The notes beneath the pieces are model-generated. The model had not been told where the DNA came from and ran no database searches. It was given only the letters and a program-made list of their open reading frames with translations. Of a stretch of DNA of 64,000 nucleotides, positions 17,391 to 27,971 are shown piece after piece (within the stretch, counting starts at the first letter, position 1; the number at the start of each line of letters is the position of its first letter). Origin of the DNA: a virus; IMG/VR virus record IMGVR_UViG_3300029908_000007, positions 1 through 64,000 of that record; one strand, written 5' to 3'. Both the position numbers and the translations under genes were made by a program.

Positions 17391-20300
17391 TTATCCTATT
17401 GTCCACCAGTTTCCGGATACATCTGCCGTCAAGACCAAAGATCCGTAATTGGTTTGATATACTTTTGAAGCAGCCAGTCCCTCGATCAGCTCAGAAGCAT
17501 GTCTTGCAATGGTGATATTGTTTGTCTGAGCGTTTCCTGAAATATCAACAATTGTTAGCGTTCTTCCATTAGTAGGCGTAGGCAACGTAATAGTTATCCC
17601 AGCGCTTTGGTTGCAAAAAATAATATCATCCGTTGTGGTAGTATCTACTGTCAAACTACCCGTAATAGTTCTAGTAGTTCTAATCCAACCGCCATTGACG
17701 GTATGGAGATCAGTGCTTGCGCTTTGAGGACCAAGAGTTACGCCGGTTGCAGCCACTCTCATATGTTCCGCAGAAGTTACGGAACCGGTGGGGGTTGCCT
17801 GAAACTGTAGATAGGTCATGTTAGAAGTATTTGTAAAGTTTTCACCGGCAACAATGTTCATCACGCCAGTAGAAGCTGCAGCAAACTGAGAAGTTCCATA
17901 GCCTCTGCCAGAAATCACGCTCAGCGTATCTCCGCTCTGAGTAGCCGTTGGACTCAGTAAGGTACCTCTGGCAAATCTACCTCTATATCCGGTTGTCGAT
18001 CCGGTTCCATAACCAGTCATTTGAACTAGCTTAGAGGCACCAGAAGTATTAACCCCATCGATCATTACCGTAGTTGCAGGCTGAACTCCAATACCTAATG
18101 CGTTATTGACAGAATCATGCACAAAAGATGTACTATTAATAACTAAAGCCGATGTAGAAGCAGGAATGATATTTACTGTTCCAGTGAAGGTTTTATTGCC
18201 AGCAAAACTTTGCGTAGCAGTATTTACCATACCAGGATTAGAAACAGAGGCACTTTGAGTAGATAAAGTGTTCCCCGAGATAAATAGGCCATTGGAGTTA
18301 GCGTTGGTATCAATAGCGCCAATAGTGGTTACCGTACCAAGCATCGTGTTCACTTGAGAGACTGTTAAATCAGTAACATTAGCAGTAGAGCCAGTATTGT
18401 TCCCCTTCAATGTATCTGCAGGTGCTTGTGCCAACTTAGAGTTACTGACAACGTTGGCTTGGATTGTGGTTGCACCCGAGCTTGCAATATTAATATCACC
18501 CGACATCGTAACAGCGGCTGGCTGATTCGATCCATTACCAACATAAATATCGTTAGTAGGAAGAGCTAGCATATAAGGTGCAGTCAACGGAGTTCCGTTC
18601 CATACGCCAGAAGTAATAGTTCCAACAGAAGTTAAAGAGGAGGAGACGACAGTACTATTTAAAGTAGTACCCGTAAGAGTTCCTGCAGGAGCGACCACTA
18701 CACTAGTAGATGCGGCGGTTATCAGTCCTTTGGCATTGACAGTAAACGATGGAATAGCAGTAGAAGAGCCAAAAGATCCTACATTTGAATTTACAGTAGA
18801 TAATGTAAACGTAACCGAACCAGGACCTGTTGCCGTACCATCTCCAGTTAAAGCAGTGATTGCAGATCCAACAGTGGCACTAACCTGTGCTTGTAAGTTC
18901 TCAAAAGCAGTGAGAATAGAGTTTGTAGCAATAATAGGAGTATTGGTTCCGGTTGTATATCCGGTCAGCAATTTGCCGGTTACGGTAGTGGAAGCAATGG
19001 AAGTAGCACCTGAACTAACAATGCTAACATCTCCACTCATAGCTACTGCAGCGGGCTGGTTAGAGCCATTGCCTACATATATTTCATTAGTAGGAAGGGC
19101 GAGCATATATGGGGCAGTCAATGCGGTACCATTCCATACACCGGAAACGATTGTGCCAACAGAAGTTAAAGATGAATTTACAACATTAGATGCCAATGTG
19201 GTACCAGTAAGGGTCCCAGCGGGTGCTACTACTGCGTTACCACTCGCTGCAGTGATCAAACCTTTTGCATTCACAGTGAAACTAGGAATACTTGTAGAAC
19301 CACCAAAACTACCGACATTGGTATTCACTGTCGCAAGAGTAAAAATTGCTGAACCGGGGCCCGTTGCGGTGCCATCCCCGGTTAAAGCTGTTATAGCACT
19401 TCCGACTGTAGCTGAGATTTGCGCCTGTAAATTTTCGAATGCTGTTAAGATTGAGTTAGTCGCTAGTATAGGCGTATTTGTACCCGTGGTATAACCAGTG
19501 AGTAGTTTTCCAGTGACTGTGGTAGAAGATATAGAGGTAGCACTTTGAGTACCGGTTACATCACCAGACAAAGAACCTGTGAAATTAACAGCAGTCGTAG
19601 CATTGGTAGCTGTTCCAGTCAAGTTTGATGTAATGGTACCGGCGGAGAAATTACCAGAAGCATCTCTAAGAACTAAAGTAGAAGCCGTATTAGAAGATGT
19701 CGCTGCTTGAGTGGCAGCCACTGAGGTTGCCACAGCGGAAGCAGTTACACCGCCTACTGTGGAAACAACTGTTGCGGTCTGAGTTCCAGTTACGTCTCCG
19801 GATAAAGAACCTGTGAAATTAACAGCAGTAGTAGCATTTGTTGCGGTTCCCGTTAGATTTGCAGTAATTGTACCAGCAGAAAAGTTGCCAGAAGCATTTC
19901 TAAGAACTAATGTAGAAGCCGTATTTGAAGACGTTGCATTACCAACTATTACAACGGTGGCAGCAATTGCAGATGCGCTTTGTCCTCCCACAGAATTAAC
20001 TGTTGCCGTTGCCGATCCAGGACCCGTAGCTGAAACATCCCCGGTTAAAGCTGTTATAGCACTTCCAGTAGTTCCACTTACCTGTGCTTGAAGTTTTTCA
20101 AAAGCAATGAGTATGGAATCAGTTGATAGGATAGGAGTGTTTGTACCAGTTGTGTAGCCGGTAAGTAATTTACCCGTAACTGTGGCAGAAGATATAGAGG
20201 TAGCACTTTGAGTACCAGTTACGTCTCCAGATAAAGAGCCGGTGAAATTAACCGATGTAATTGCATTTGTTGCATTTGTAGCGGTACCGGTTAAGTTAGC

Positions 20301-21116
20301 CGTAATAGTGCCAGCAGAAAAGTTGCCAGAACCGTCTCTAAGAACTAATGTAGAAGCCGTATTTGAGGAAGTTGCTGCCGCTACAGCAATTGCTGCAGTT
20401 GCAACAGCAGTAGCACTTTGCCCACCAACTGTGGAAACAACCGTAGCGCTTTGAGTACCGGTTACATCACCAGATAAAGATCCGGTGAAATTAGTTGATG
20501 TCGTAGAAGTAGTTGCGTTACCACTTAAATTAGCGGTGACAATACCGGCGGAGAAATTACCAGAAGCATCTCTTTTTACGATCGTAGACGCCGTGTTAGA
20601 GGGAGTAGCTGCATTAGCTAAAAGTTCCGCAGAATGTACGCTTGCCGCAGAACTTCCGCCCACAAACGAAACAACTGTAGCACTTTGAGTACCGGTTACA
20701 TCACCTACCAAAGAACCCGTAAAGTTAACGGAAGTGGTTGCATTTGTAGCGGTACCGGTTAAGTTAGCCGTAATAGTGCCAGCAGAAAAGTTGCCAGAAC
20801 CGTCTCTAAGAACTAATGTGCTTGGGATATTAGCACTCGTTGCGGCGAAGTAAGCAGCAGTCGCAGAAGCAACGTTAGCGGCACTTTCACCGCCAACAAA
20901 ATTTACAGTAGTTACAGCAGACCCAGGTCCTACTGCACTTACATCACCTGTTAATGCAGTGATTGCATTGGTAGCACCAAAAGTAAATACGTTTCCAAAA
21001 GAATCTTCTATATTAACGGTGTTGTCTGTTTTAATATATAGAACATAAGACCCTGTTGGGGGTGGCGAAGGAGTGGTGGCTAATGCTGGAAACTGAATCG
21101 TACCTGGTATACTCAT
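17391..21116 (-). CDS. Long repetitive tail fibre protein (1241 aa)
   Basis: Thr/Ser/Ala/Gly-rich repeats (LSGDVTGTQSAT; LVLRDxSGNFSAGTITANL; ITALTGDxTATGPG); C-terminal ITITLP...IVD.SG...NNITI domain. Confidence 0.85.
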   Translation of the reverse strand: MSIPGTIQFPALATTPSPPPTGSYVLYIKTDNTVNIEDSFGNVFTFGATNAITALTGDVSAVGPGSAVTTVNFVGGESAANVASATAAYFAATSANIPSTLVLRDGSGNFSAGTITANLTGTATNATTSVNFTGSLVGDVTGTQSATVVSFVGGSSAASVHSAELLANAATPSNTASTIVKRDASGNFSAGIVTANLSGNATTSTTSTNFTGSLSGDVTGTQSATVVSTVGGQSATAVATAAIAVAAATSSNTASTLVLRDGSGNFSAGTITANLTGTATNATNAITSVNFTGSLSGDVTGTQSATSISSATVTGKLLTGYTTGTNTPILSTDSILIAFEKLQAQVSGTTGSAITALTGDVSATGPGSATATVNSVGGQSASAIAATVVIVGNATSSNTASTLVLRNASGNFSAGTITANLTGTATNATTAVNFTGSLSGDVTGTQTATVVSTVGGVTASAVATSVAATQAATSSNTASTLVLRDASGNFSAGTITSNLTGTATNATTAVNFTGSLSGDVTGTQSATSISSTTVTGKLLTGYTTGTNTPILATNSILTAFENLQAQISATVGSAITALTGDGTATGPGSAIFTLATVNTNVGSFGGSTSIPSFTVNAKGLITAASGNAVVAPAGTLTGTTLASNVVNSSLTSVGTIVSGVWNGTALTAPYMLALPTNEIYVGNGSNQPAAVAMSGDVSIVSSGATSIASTTVTGKLLTGYTTGTNTPIIATNSILTAFENLQAQVSATVGSAITALTGDGTATGPGSVTFTLSTVNSNVGSFGSSTAIPSFTVNAKGLITAASTSVVVAPAGTLTGTTLNSTVVSSSLTSVGTITSGVWNGTPLTAPYMLALPTNDIYVGNGSNQPAAVTMSGDINIASSGATTIQANVVSNSKLAQAPADTLKGNNTGSTANVTDLTVSQVNTMLGTVTTIGAIDTNANSNGLFISGNTLSTQSASVSNPGMVNTATQSFAGNKTFTGTVNIIPASTSALVINSTSFVHDSVNNALGIGVQPATTVMIDGVNTSGASKLVQMTGYGTGSTTGYRGRFARGTLLSPTATQSGDTLSVISGRGYGTSQFAAASTGVMNIVAGENFTNTSNMTYLQFQATPTGSVTSAEHMRVAATGVTLGPQSASTDLHTVNGGWIRTTRTITGSLTVDTTTTDDIIFCNQSAGITITLPTPTNGRTLTIVDISGNAQTNNITIARHASELIEGLAASKVYQTNYGSLVLTADVSGNWWTIG

Positions 21117-21124
21117 TTAAACTC

Positions 21125-21457
21125 CTAAACTATAATTATATCAGCGCCGCTATCGATTACTATTGAGCCAGCTAGAGAAATTTCTAAACTAGGTGCAATC
21201 CATGTTTCATCGGTATTAACGATCACATTACCTGTAACGCTTCTCATGGTAATAAAGCCCTGAGCTTCGATAGCCCCACTGTCTTGAACTGAAGTGCCGG
21301 GACTATTTTTAATAGTGGTACCCGTTGTATCAGCCCACCGCGTAATAGCGTCAATCGTAGTAGGCGAGATGCCAGTTACATTTCCAGATCCACTACTAGA
21401 AGTGTTAACCAGCTGTAATTCCCCAGTAAAATAGTTCAGTGCAACTTTGTAAGCCAT
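21125..21457 (-). CDS. Hypothetical virion protein
   Basis: MAYKVALNYFTGELQLV motif common in fibre-associated proteins. Confidence 0.6.
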   Translation of the reverse strand: MAYKVALNYFTGELQLVNTSSSGSGNVTGISPTTIDAITRWADTTGTTIKNSPGTSVQDSGAIEAQGFITMRSVTGNVIVNTDETWIAPSLEISLAGSIVIDSGADIIIV

Positions 21458-22152
21458 TATGTTCTCACCACACTAAGAAGATTAGCGGCCCCATCGTAAG
21501 TCAATGTGAGGGTAGCTACAGTCACCGTAGCTTGTTTATAGACCACAATTGTAGGGACGACTTGCCCACCAATAGTAGAATTAGTGAGATCGATTTCGTT
21601 GAACTTGTCGGGGACTAATTGAGCAAGATTAATAGTATTTATGCTACCGTCAGCGTTTACGTCGAGTTGATTCTTATCTGGAGCGGGCCCAACAATTCCT
21701 ACTTCTCCAATAGATATGGTTCCGTCAAACGTAACAGGTTTGGGGTTATTTGGACCGTAAGGATTTCCGTATGGGTCAATATCTATAACTCTATCAGCCA
21801 TGACAGGAGCTGGCAGATATACGGCGTTGTAATGGTCATCTCGTGGAATGGGAAAATTGTTTTGTTCGGGTGCAGAAATAGTCGCGTCATCAGCAACCAA
21901 ATAAGCACTAATATCGCTGTGATTTGTGGGAGAAGCCTTGAGACTATTATTATTTGGACCCACTATCAATTGGGTGGGGCTAAGAATGTTTTTGATTTGA
22001 AATAATGCTTGTTGGAGCGCGTTGGATTGGAGATTGATTTGCTGTTTTATATAGAAACCAGCGGTACTGTCAATGGTAACAACGCCCAAAGACGTACCAT
22101 TAGATGTGAAAGCCTGCGGGGGTACCGCAGCCAATTTCTGTTCAAAAGCCAT
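21457..22152 (-). CDS. Hypothetical virion protein (first gene of the fibre operon)
   Basis: ATG 22152 with AAGGA RBS; ends VATLTLTYD...L.SV.RT. Confidence 0.65.
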   Translation of the reverse strand: MAFEQKLAAVPPQAFTSNGTSLGVVTIDSTAGFYIKQQINLQSNALQQALFQIKNILSPTQLIVGPNNNSLKASPTNHSDISAYLVADDATISAPEQNNFPIPRDDHYNAVYLPAPVMADRVIDIDPYGNPYGPNNPKPVTFDGTISIGEVGIVGPAPDKNQLDVNADGSINTINLAQLVPDKFNEIDLTNSTIGGQVVPTIVVYKQATVTVATLTLTYDGAANLLSVVRT

Positions 22153-22375
22153 TTTATCCAATCCTTACATTAAGTTAGGAGTTAGTGCCACCACTAACAA
22201 TACTTTTAGCCCACGCTGAAAGCCCCTGTATTGCTACAGGGTATATGGTAAAGATTGGTTTGGAAGGTCACTATTGTGTAATTCTTAAAAATTCCAAACA
22301 CTTTTGTATACAAGATTAACACTCTACAATTAAAAAGTCAACATATTTTATATTATAGAGATAACTTATTGATAT

Positions 22376-24142
22376 TTAAGGTCTATTATTTGCTTCATTT
22401 GTTAATTGATTGGGATCGGCACAAATTTTTTGATATTCTGCGTCAGCCCGTGCTTCACTTCTTTCGAACTCATTGTCCCTAGGTGAAACCACAATCCCCC
22501 CTAGGGTACCTAACACCCCAGCAATGCTCACAGCGTTCACCAGACTCTCTTCCACGGCTTTGGTGGCATCAAACAACCCCAACTCTATGGCATCTCCATA
22601 CGTCTCATTTTCTACGTCGTAAACCAATTCAGGATTACCGATGAGCTTTGAAATGACTTCGGCGATTTCCTCGACGTTATGGCCAGCATTGTCTAGAAGC
22701 GTTTTGGGTAGACTCAAGAGAGCTTCCATGAGGACTTCTCTGGCGGGATCTCCTTCGGGAAGAGTTTCCGCGAGTTTAATAGCCATGTCAATGGCAATCC
22801 TGGTGCCACCAGGCAAACAGCCATATTTAATAGCTGACCGCATAGCCATAGTTGCGTCTTCGATACGATCGTGTTTTTCTTTGAGATCAGCTCCAGAGCC
22901 AGCAAAAACTGTGAACTTGGCGATACCACAGGTCAGTAGGGCTACTCTTTCTTGAAGCCAAAGCTTTTCAGCCTTGGTTTCAGAATTTGCAATCATTTTA
23001 GTTAAGTCACCAGCTCTAACCTCGACATTCATGGGTTCTGGGTCTCCAACTACCGTGGATCTAAACCGATAACTCTCGAAATATTCCATGCCGCCGCCGA
23101 GATCGTTGATATTAGCTCCAGACAGCTGATCTTTGATGCCGAATACCTTGGCTCCAGTGAAAGCGGCTAGATCGTATAAAAAAGCTTGTTGGGAATTGGT
23201 GAAGCCTCGCATAGGGGTCTTCAAGGGCATAATATTGATAGTGCTAGTGTTGACGAAATTGAACGTCAACGTGGTGAGTACGTTATCCGAAAATCCATGA
23301 GCAACTACGACGGTGTTTTTGAAATCTTCGTCGCCAGCCGCATATCTTTCGCCGACCTCGTTTAGAATAGGGGTGATTTGGATGAGATCGTTGATCATAC
23401 CATCGAATAAGATGAAGCGGGGTTTCTCAAGATAGGCCCTTTGGTTTCCCTGATCATTGATAAAAACATTGTTAAACTTTCCCAGATCTTCGAGTCCGGA
23501 ATAAATGGGCAATCCGTCGATTCTTTCAATTTTATAATCCTCGGGTCCTGATAATTCTTTGATAGTGATATGAGAGCCTTCGCCGAATCCAATGAGTTCG
23601 AAACATTCATAGACTTTATTGGCCATTTCAAGATCGCCGTTGGCACTAATCTTGCCTACCTGTCTGAGAAGGTCTTTGTTGTCTTCGCTGATCGTGATAG
23701 CACGGCTTTGAATATAGGGTACCAGAATGTCGGAGACCGCTTTTTTGATTTTACGAACGGCTTTCTGAGGACTATATTTGGGATTATTTTGGCAAAATTC
23801 GAAAAGATTTTTGATAAGTTGGTGGGCTAGGATAGTGGTGGTTGTGGTGCCGTCGCCCGCGCCTTCGCCGACGCGCTGAGCACTGTCTCTAGAGGTTTCG
23901 ATGATGACGTGATCGATGGAATCGATGGAACCAAGACTGGTGTAAACGCTGACGCCGTCTTTGCTGATGCGATTACTAATACCGGGAAGGTCGCTCTCAA
24001 TTAAAACGGTTTTTCCACCGGGCCCGAGGGTACCCCCAACTATGTCCGCGATTCTACTGGTAATATTGAGGACTTTCCGCTTAATAAGCTCGCGGTCGCT
24101 GATGAACATTTTTGGGGTGGTCTTGGCTTTACGATGGGACAT
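22376..24142 (-). CDS. groEL: Phage chaperonin GroEL (Cpn60)
   Basis: TLGPGG, KDGVSV, GDGTTT, ISANGD, EKHDRIEDA, LPGG motifs; no GGM tail. Confidence 0.93.
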   Translation of the reverse strand: MSHRKAKTTPKMFISDRELIKRKVLNITSRIADIVGGTLGPGGKTVLIESDLPGISNRISKDGVSVYTSLGSIDSIDHVIIETSRDSAQRVGEGAGDGTTTTTILAHQLIKNLFEFCQNNPKYSPQKAVRKIKKAVSDILVPYIQSRAITISEDNKDLLRQVGKISANGDLEMANKVYECFELIGFGEGSHITIKELSGPEDYKIERIDGLPIYSGLEDLGKFNNVFINDQGNQRAYLEKPRFILFDGMINDLIQITPILNEVGERYAAGDEDFKNTVVVAHGFSDNVLTTLTFNFVNTSTINIMPLKTPMRGFTNSQQAFLYDLAAFTGAKVFGIKDQLSGANINDLGGGMEYFESYRFRSTVVGDPEPMNVEVRAGDLTKMIANSETKAEKLWLQERVALLTCGIAKFTVFAGSGADLKEKHDRIEDATMAMRSAIKYGCLPGGTRIAIDMAIKLAETLPEGDPAREVLMEALLSLPKTLLDNAGHNVEEIAEVISKLIGNPELVYDVENETYGDAIELGLFDATKAVEESLVNAVSIAGVLGTLGGIVVSPRDNEFERSEARADAEYQKICADPNQLTNEANNRP

Positions 24143-24172
24143 AGGGCTCCTTTGATATCTGAGCCTGTTATA

Positions 24173-25570
24173 TCATAAGTCTATGATCCATCGTTTCTTT
24201 CCACAATCCCAGATTCGAACGTAGCCAAGTGATTGAGCCATTTCTTTCTCAGTTTCTCCTATAGCACCCTTTTCAAGAAGATGCTTTTTTTGACAAGATT
24301 GTTTTGAAATTCTCTTATTTCGATATACATAGGAATAGTCAGGTTTTAAATTCTCTTCCATGACGAATCCCGTTTTTTCATAAACCCCTCCAATAGACCA
24401 ACGATTGTCGGACCAGGAAACAAGTTTTTTATAACTATTTTTCTTAGCATAATCTATAAGAGAAGTCAGCAATTTAGAAGAACCTCCGGAAACAGAAATT
24501 CCTCTTTTAAAAACCAATCTATTAAGCGCTAAAATCTCTCCATCTCCTTGACGATGATGATTGTTTCCCGTTACTAAACCGACTAGCTCTTCGTTATAGT
24601 ACAATCCAAAAGCTATTTTGATTGGAGCAGATCCTTGGATATGATGTTCGTCTAAAAAAACTCTAGCTACTTCCTTAGGAACTTCTTGAATTTGAGTCTT
24701 CCTTCCCATAATTTTTGTAGGATTTTTACCAATAGTAGACAGCAAAAAGTTTTTAATTTGATCCTTTCTTTCGGACCATTCGTCGCCAAAGATAGTTATC
24801 AAGCGTATTCCGTCATTTTGAGCCTTAATCATTTTATTAAAGTGGTACATTTCTTCTCTTGGAGTAGGACTTTCTTCGTTATGCCAGTATAGTCCACAAT
24901 ATTCTATGCCTATATTAAGTTCTGGTAAGTGTATGTCTATTTCGCTTCCACCAGCTCTATGTTTAAACTTATATTTTTCTACCTTCAAACCCAGACTTTC
25001 CATCCATTCTTTTATTTCTATTTCAAAACTAGAAGTTCTATTGCATCCAGAACAGTGCATGCACGAATTTTTAATGACGGTATGGATTTTACTAGTTTCT
25101 CTAGTATTTAGACATTTAAGGCATTTAATAATAAAAGATTTTGTTTTGCTTTGAAACCCAGAAACATACTCAAATCCTCTTTCGTTGAGCATTAGTTTTA
25201 TTTGCTCTAGCGCTTCTGGAGATCCAGCCTGTTCCTTATAAGCATTCCTCATATTTTCCATAGCAAGCGGATCTTTAGCTAATTTTGCTTTATAGGCATG
25301 CTTTTGACGTTCTTCTGGAGAAAGGAGGACGTTTTTTTCTTTATTAATTTCTTTTACTTTACTAAGTTTTACACCGCTTAACGCCACTATTTCTTTGTTG
25401 GTTTTACCTTGTTTTTTTAAGGAAACCACGAAATCAATCTGCTCTTCGGTATATTTTATCTTGCTTTTAGCAACGATAGCGGCAGTACACTCTTTCGAAC
25501 AAGAGTTTCCTCTGCCTATCCATTTATATTCAAATTCTTTACTGCAGTTTTTGCAATTCGCAACTTTCAT
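24173..25570 (-). CDS. Hef-like homing endonuclease (Vsr/PD-(D/E)xK domain plus GNAT/Mom-like C-terminal domain)
   Basis: EIDIHLPELNIGIEYCGLYWH; HIQG...LNRL...SWSDNRWS..VYEKTGF...IWDCG; own TTGACA-N17-TATGCT promoter. Confidence 0.8.
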   Translation of the reverse strand: MKVANCKNCSKEFEYKWIGRGNSCSKECTAAIVAKSKIKYTEEQIDFVVSLKKQGKTNKEIVALSGVKLSKVKEINKEKNVLLSPEERQKHAYKAKLAKDPLAMENMRNAYKEQAGSPEALEQIKLMLNERGFEYVSGFQSKTKSFIIKCLKCLNTRETSKIHTVIKNSCMHCSGCNRTSSFEIEIKEWMESLGLKVEKYKFKHRAGGSEIDIHLPELNIGIEYCGLYWHNEESPTPREEMYHFNKMIKAQNDGIRLITIFGDEWSERKDQIKNFLLSTIGKNPTKIMGRKTQIQEVPKEVARVFLDEHHIQGSAPIKIAFGLYYNEELVGLVTGNNHHRQGDGEILALNRLVFKRGISVSGGSSKLLTSLIDYAKKNSYKKLVSWSDNRWSIGGVYEKTGFVMEENLKPDYSYVYRNKRISKQSCQKKHLLEKGAIGETEKEMAQSLGYVRIWDCGKKRWIIDL

Positions 25571-25614
25571 ATCTAATAGCATATAATAAAGATTGCGGCT
25601 TGTCAACCACGAAA

Positions 25615-25649
25615 TAAAAAAGGCTCCCTATTTTTTAATAGGGAGCCTT
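25615..25649 (-). terminator. Intrinsic terminator after the major capsid gene
   Basis: AGGCTCCCTATT-loop-AATAGGGAGCCT hairpin followed by a U-tract on the minus strand. Confidence 0.85.
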
Positions 25650-25675
25650 AAATAATTGATTTTAAACGATTTCTA

Positions 25676-27061
25676 TTAGCTGAGCTGGCCAGTAATATTG
25701 TCGATTAACACGTTTTTTCTTGGCTGGTAAGCTGCCAATGACAGAAACCTAAAATGCGCCTCGGGGAGGCTGAGGTCGCTCACAGCAAGTTTAAGTTTGC
25801 TATAAGGAGCAAGCTGAGCGATACCGAGTGTATTGCCCTGGATCAGGAATCCCGTCACAGAACCTGGCTGTTTGTTGCCCAAGTCGGTGAATACAGGGTT
25901 GCCCGAACTCTGCTTGATCTTACCAATGAACTTGGCTTGTGCAGCGGTTCCGCCAACACCTGAGCGATATACGTTGTAGTATGAAGCTCCGGATACAGCG
26001 GTAATCGTCACAGTCACTTTGTCCCCAGCAGCGGTAACCGTTGCCGTTTGTGGAGCGCCTGGAAGAGATTCGCCCAAGATCGACACGCCCGTCGCGTAGT
26101 ACACATAGGTACCGGCTTGGAGCAATGACCCAGCAGCACCGGCATCAGCAACAGTAATTGCTGGAGCCGAAGGCGTGCCTTGGCGTGAACGAGCAGGCTG
26201 CGTTTTTCCAGAGAGGAAGCGTGAAGCTTCGAGGGAAACAACAGCGCTAGAAGTCCACTGCGTGCGAAGGTGAGCGCCAGTAGCTTCCTGGGCAGACCCA
26301 GCGAGCATAATGCGTTCTTTGGCATGCGCGATTTTGTTATAAGCACTCAGAGAGATCGGATCAAGGATTAAGCGATCAGCAGCGCCCATGTTCATGGCCG
26401 AGCGAACCGAAGAATCTTCGATGATTGACTGAGTCAGTGTTCCGCCCGAAGACAGTACAACCGTTTGGTTGGATCCGAATTCAGCGAACATCAAGTCTTG
26501 CGTGTTAGCTTGCCCATCAGACTGGCGAACCTGTTGGTCGACACCGATCATATTAGGAAGCTGAGCAACAACCGTTGGATTGCCGTCGAAAACACCGGCG
26601 TTCGAGAAATCAGCTTGTCCACGGAACAAGTCGAATTCGATATCGCCAGCGAGTTTCATCGCAGCATCGGCAGAAGAGCGGTCTTCAGCCTTAACGCCGT
26701 CGAAGGCGCCAATCATGTTTGCAGCAACGGTCACACGACGGATCGTGCTGTAGTATGCCATAGGCACAACAGCGCGAATGAAGTTCGACACGTCTTCTTC
26801 GCCGACGCCGCCTTCAAATTGAGCGGATCCACCGAAGATACCGTAGTCTAGCTGACGGTTGAATTGATGAAGTTGCGATTTAACTTCCTTGGAAGGAAGG
26901 ATTTTCTGCAATTTGATGTGGGAATCGTCGAACGTGACGTTTTGCATCACAGGCGACAAATCTTCCATCATAAGGGCGGCGCCCTGTTCCAGGTTCTGTG
27001 GGGAGGCCATGTAACTGCCCGCTTCGAGAGCCTTCATTAGTGACTGAAGTTGTTCGATCAT
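25676..27061 (-). CDS. Major capsid protein (SPO1/K/A511-like) with an Ig/FN3-like insertion
   Basis: MKALEAG...GAALMMEDLS N-terminus; biased codon usage; follows the scaffold; strong terminator; GTYVYYATGV...YYNVYRS insertion. Confidence 0.88.
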   Translation of the reverse strand: MIEQLQSLMKALEAGSYMASPQNLEQGAALMMEDLSPVMQNVTFDDSHIKLQKILPSKEVKSQLHQFNRQLDYGIFGGSAQFEGGVGEEDVSNFIRAVVPMAYYSTIRRVTVAANMIGAFDGVKAEDRSSADAAMKLAGDIEFDLFRGQADFSNAGVFDGNPTVVAQLPNMIGVDQQVRQSDGQANTQDLMFAEFGSNQTVVLSSGGTLTQSIIEDSSVRSAMNMGAADRLILDPISLSAYNKIAHAKERIMLAGSAQEATGAHLRTQWTSSAVVSLEASRFLSGKTQPARSRQGTPSAPAITVADAGAAGSLLQAGTYVYYATGVSILGESLPGAPQTATVTAAGDKVTVTITAVSGASYYNVYRSGVGGTAAQAKFIGKIKQSSGNPVFTDLGNKQPGSVTGFLIQGNTLGIAQLAPYSKLKLAVSDLSLPEAHFRFLSLAAYQPRKNVLIDNITGQLS

Positions 27062-27090
27062 ATTTTCATTCTCCTTTAATTAAAGACACC

Positions 27091-27930
27091 TTATTTGAGC
27101 AGGTGGCTAATACTGTTAATGTTTACCTGCCCATTGAGGTAAAACGAATTGATTGCGTCTCTATCGGACTTCTCAAGCTTGGACGGATCCTTCGCCATAA
27201 GAATTTTGTGAATCTCGCTCTTAGTAGGAGTCTTCACTTCAACTGGCGTTTCGCTTTTGGCGATAACGTCAAGGGAAGTAATTGCCTTACCTTGAGGAAC
27301 GGTTTTCTTAGCAAGAGCCGTCAAGAATTCCTTAATCGCTGCCTTTTCAGCTTTTTCAGCTGCAAGTTCGTTTTTAAGAAGTTCGACTTCTGTGTTTTCT
27401 GATTTTTCCATCTGCTCTCCATCTGCTTTGCTGGCGGGCGATTTAGCGCCTGGGGTCTTAGAAGGAGCATCGGCAGACATTTCTCCGCCGCTTTTGTGTC
27501 CTTCAGTACCTAGGTCTTTTGCCTTTTCGTGTTTTTCCATCTCGGCTGGTTTGGCTTCAGTTTTACCCATACACTTTTGAAGACAGCTATGATGAGCGCT
27601 TTGCTCTGCCGGAGACATTGAGCGATACATTTTGTCCATGTGCGCCATGTCTTCTTCGTCATAGTCATGACCCTGTTCATGGCCTTCTTTGGCTTCATGT
27701 TCGGGTTTTTCTTCGTGATGCTCTTCTTTGCCTTCTTCCTTAGCTTCTGGCTTCTCGCCTTCAGCAGGAGCGGCTTCTTTGTGTTCGGGCTTCTCTTCAT
27801 GCTTGTCTTCAGCTGGCTTTTCGCCATCTTCGGACTTCGCAAGAGTTGACTTTTTATTAGCCAATTCAGCAGTAAATGCTAGTTCCACATCGGCTACGAG
27901 TTTTGCAACGGCTTCTGGTGTGTACTTCAT
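27091..27930 (-). CDS. Capsid scaffold-like protein
   Basis: Acidic, His-rich, low-complexity; directly upstream of the capsid gene; multiple KSE motifs. Confidence 0.7.
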   Translation of the reverse strand: MKYTPEAVAKLVADVELAFTAELANKKSTLAKSEDGEKPAEDKHEEKPEHKEAAPAEGEKPEAKEEGKEEHHEEKPEHEAKEGHEQGHDYDEEDMAHMDKMYRSMSPAEQSAHHSCLQKCMGKTEAKPAEMEKHEKAKDLGTEGHKSGGEMSADAPSKTPGAKSPASKADGEQMEKSENTEVELLKNELAAEKAEKAAIKEFLTALAKKTVPQGKAITSLDVIAKSETPVEVKTPTKSEIHKILMAKDPSKLEKSDRDAINSFYLNGQVNINSISHLLK

Positions 27931-27971
27931 ATTTACTCCTTTCATTATTATATTGGTTAAAAAGTCTATAA

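Noticed and set aside
14692-17468. Pro-rich plus-strand ORFs (14692..15354, 15676..16152, 16536..16799, 17253..17468)
   Set aside because: Antisense shadows of the glycine-rich genes (GGN codons read as Pro on the other strand)
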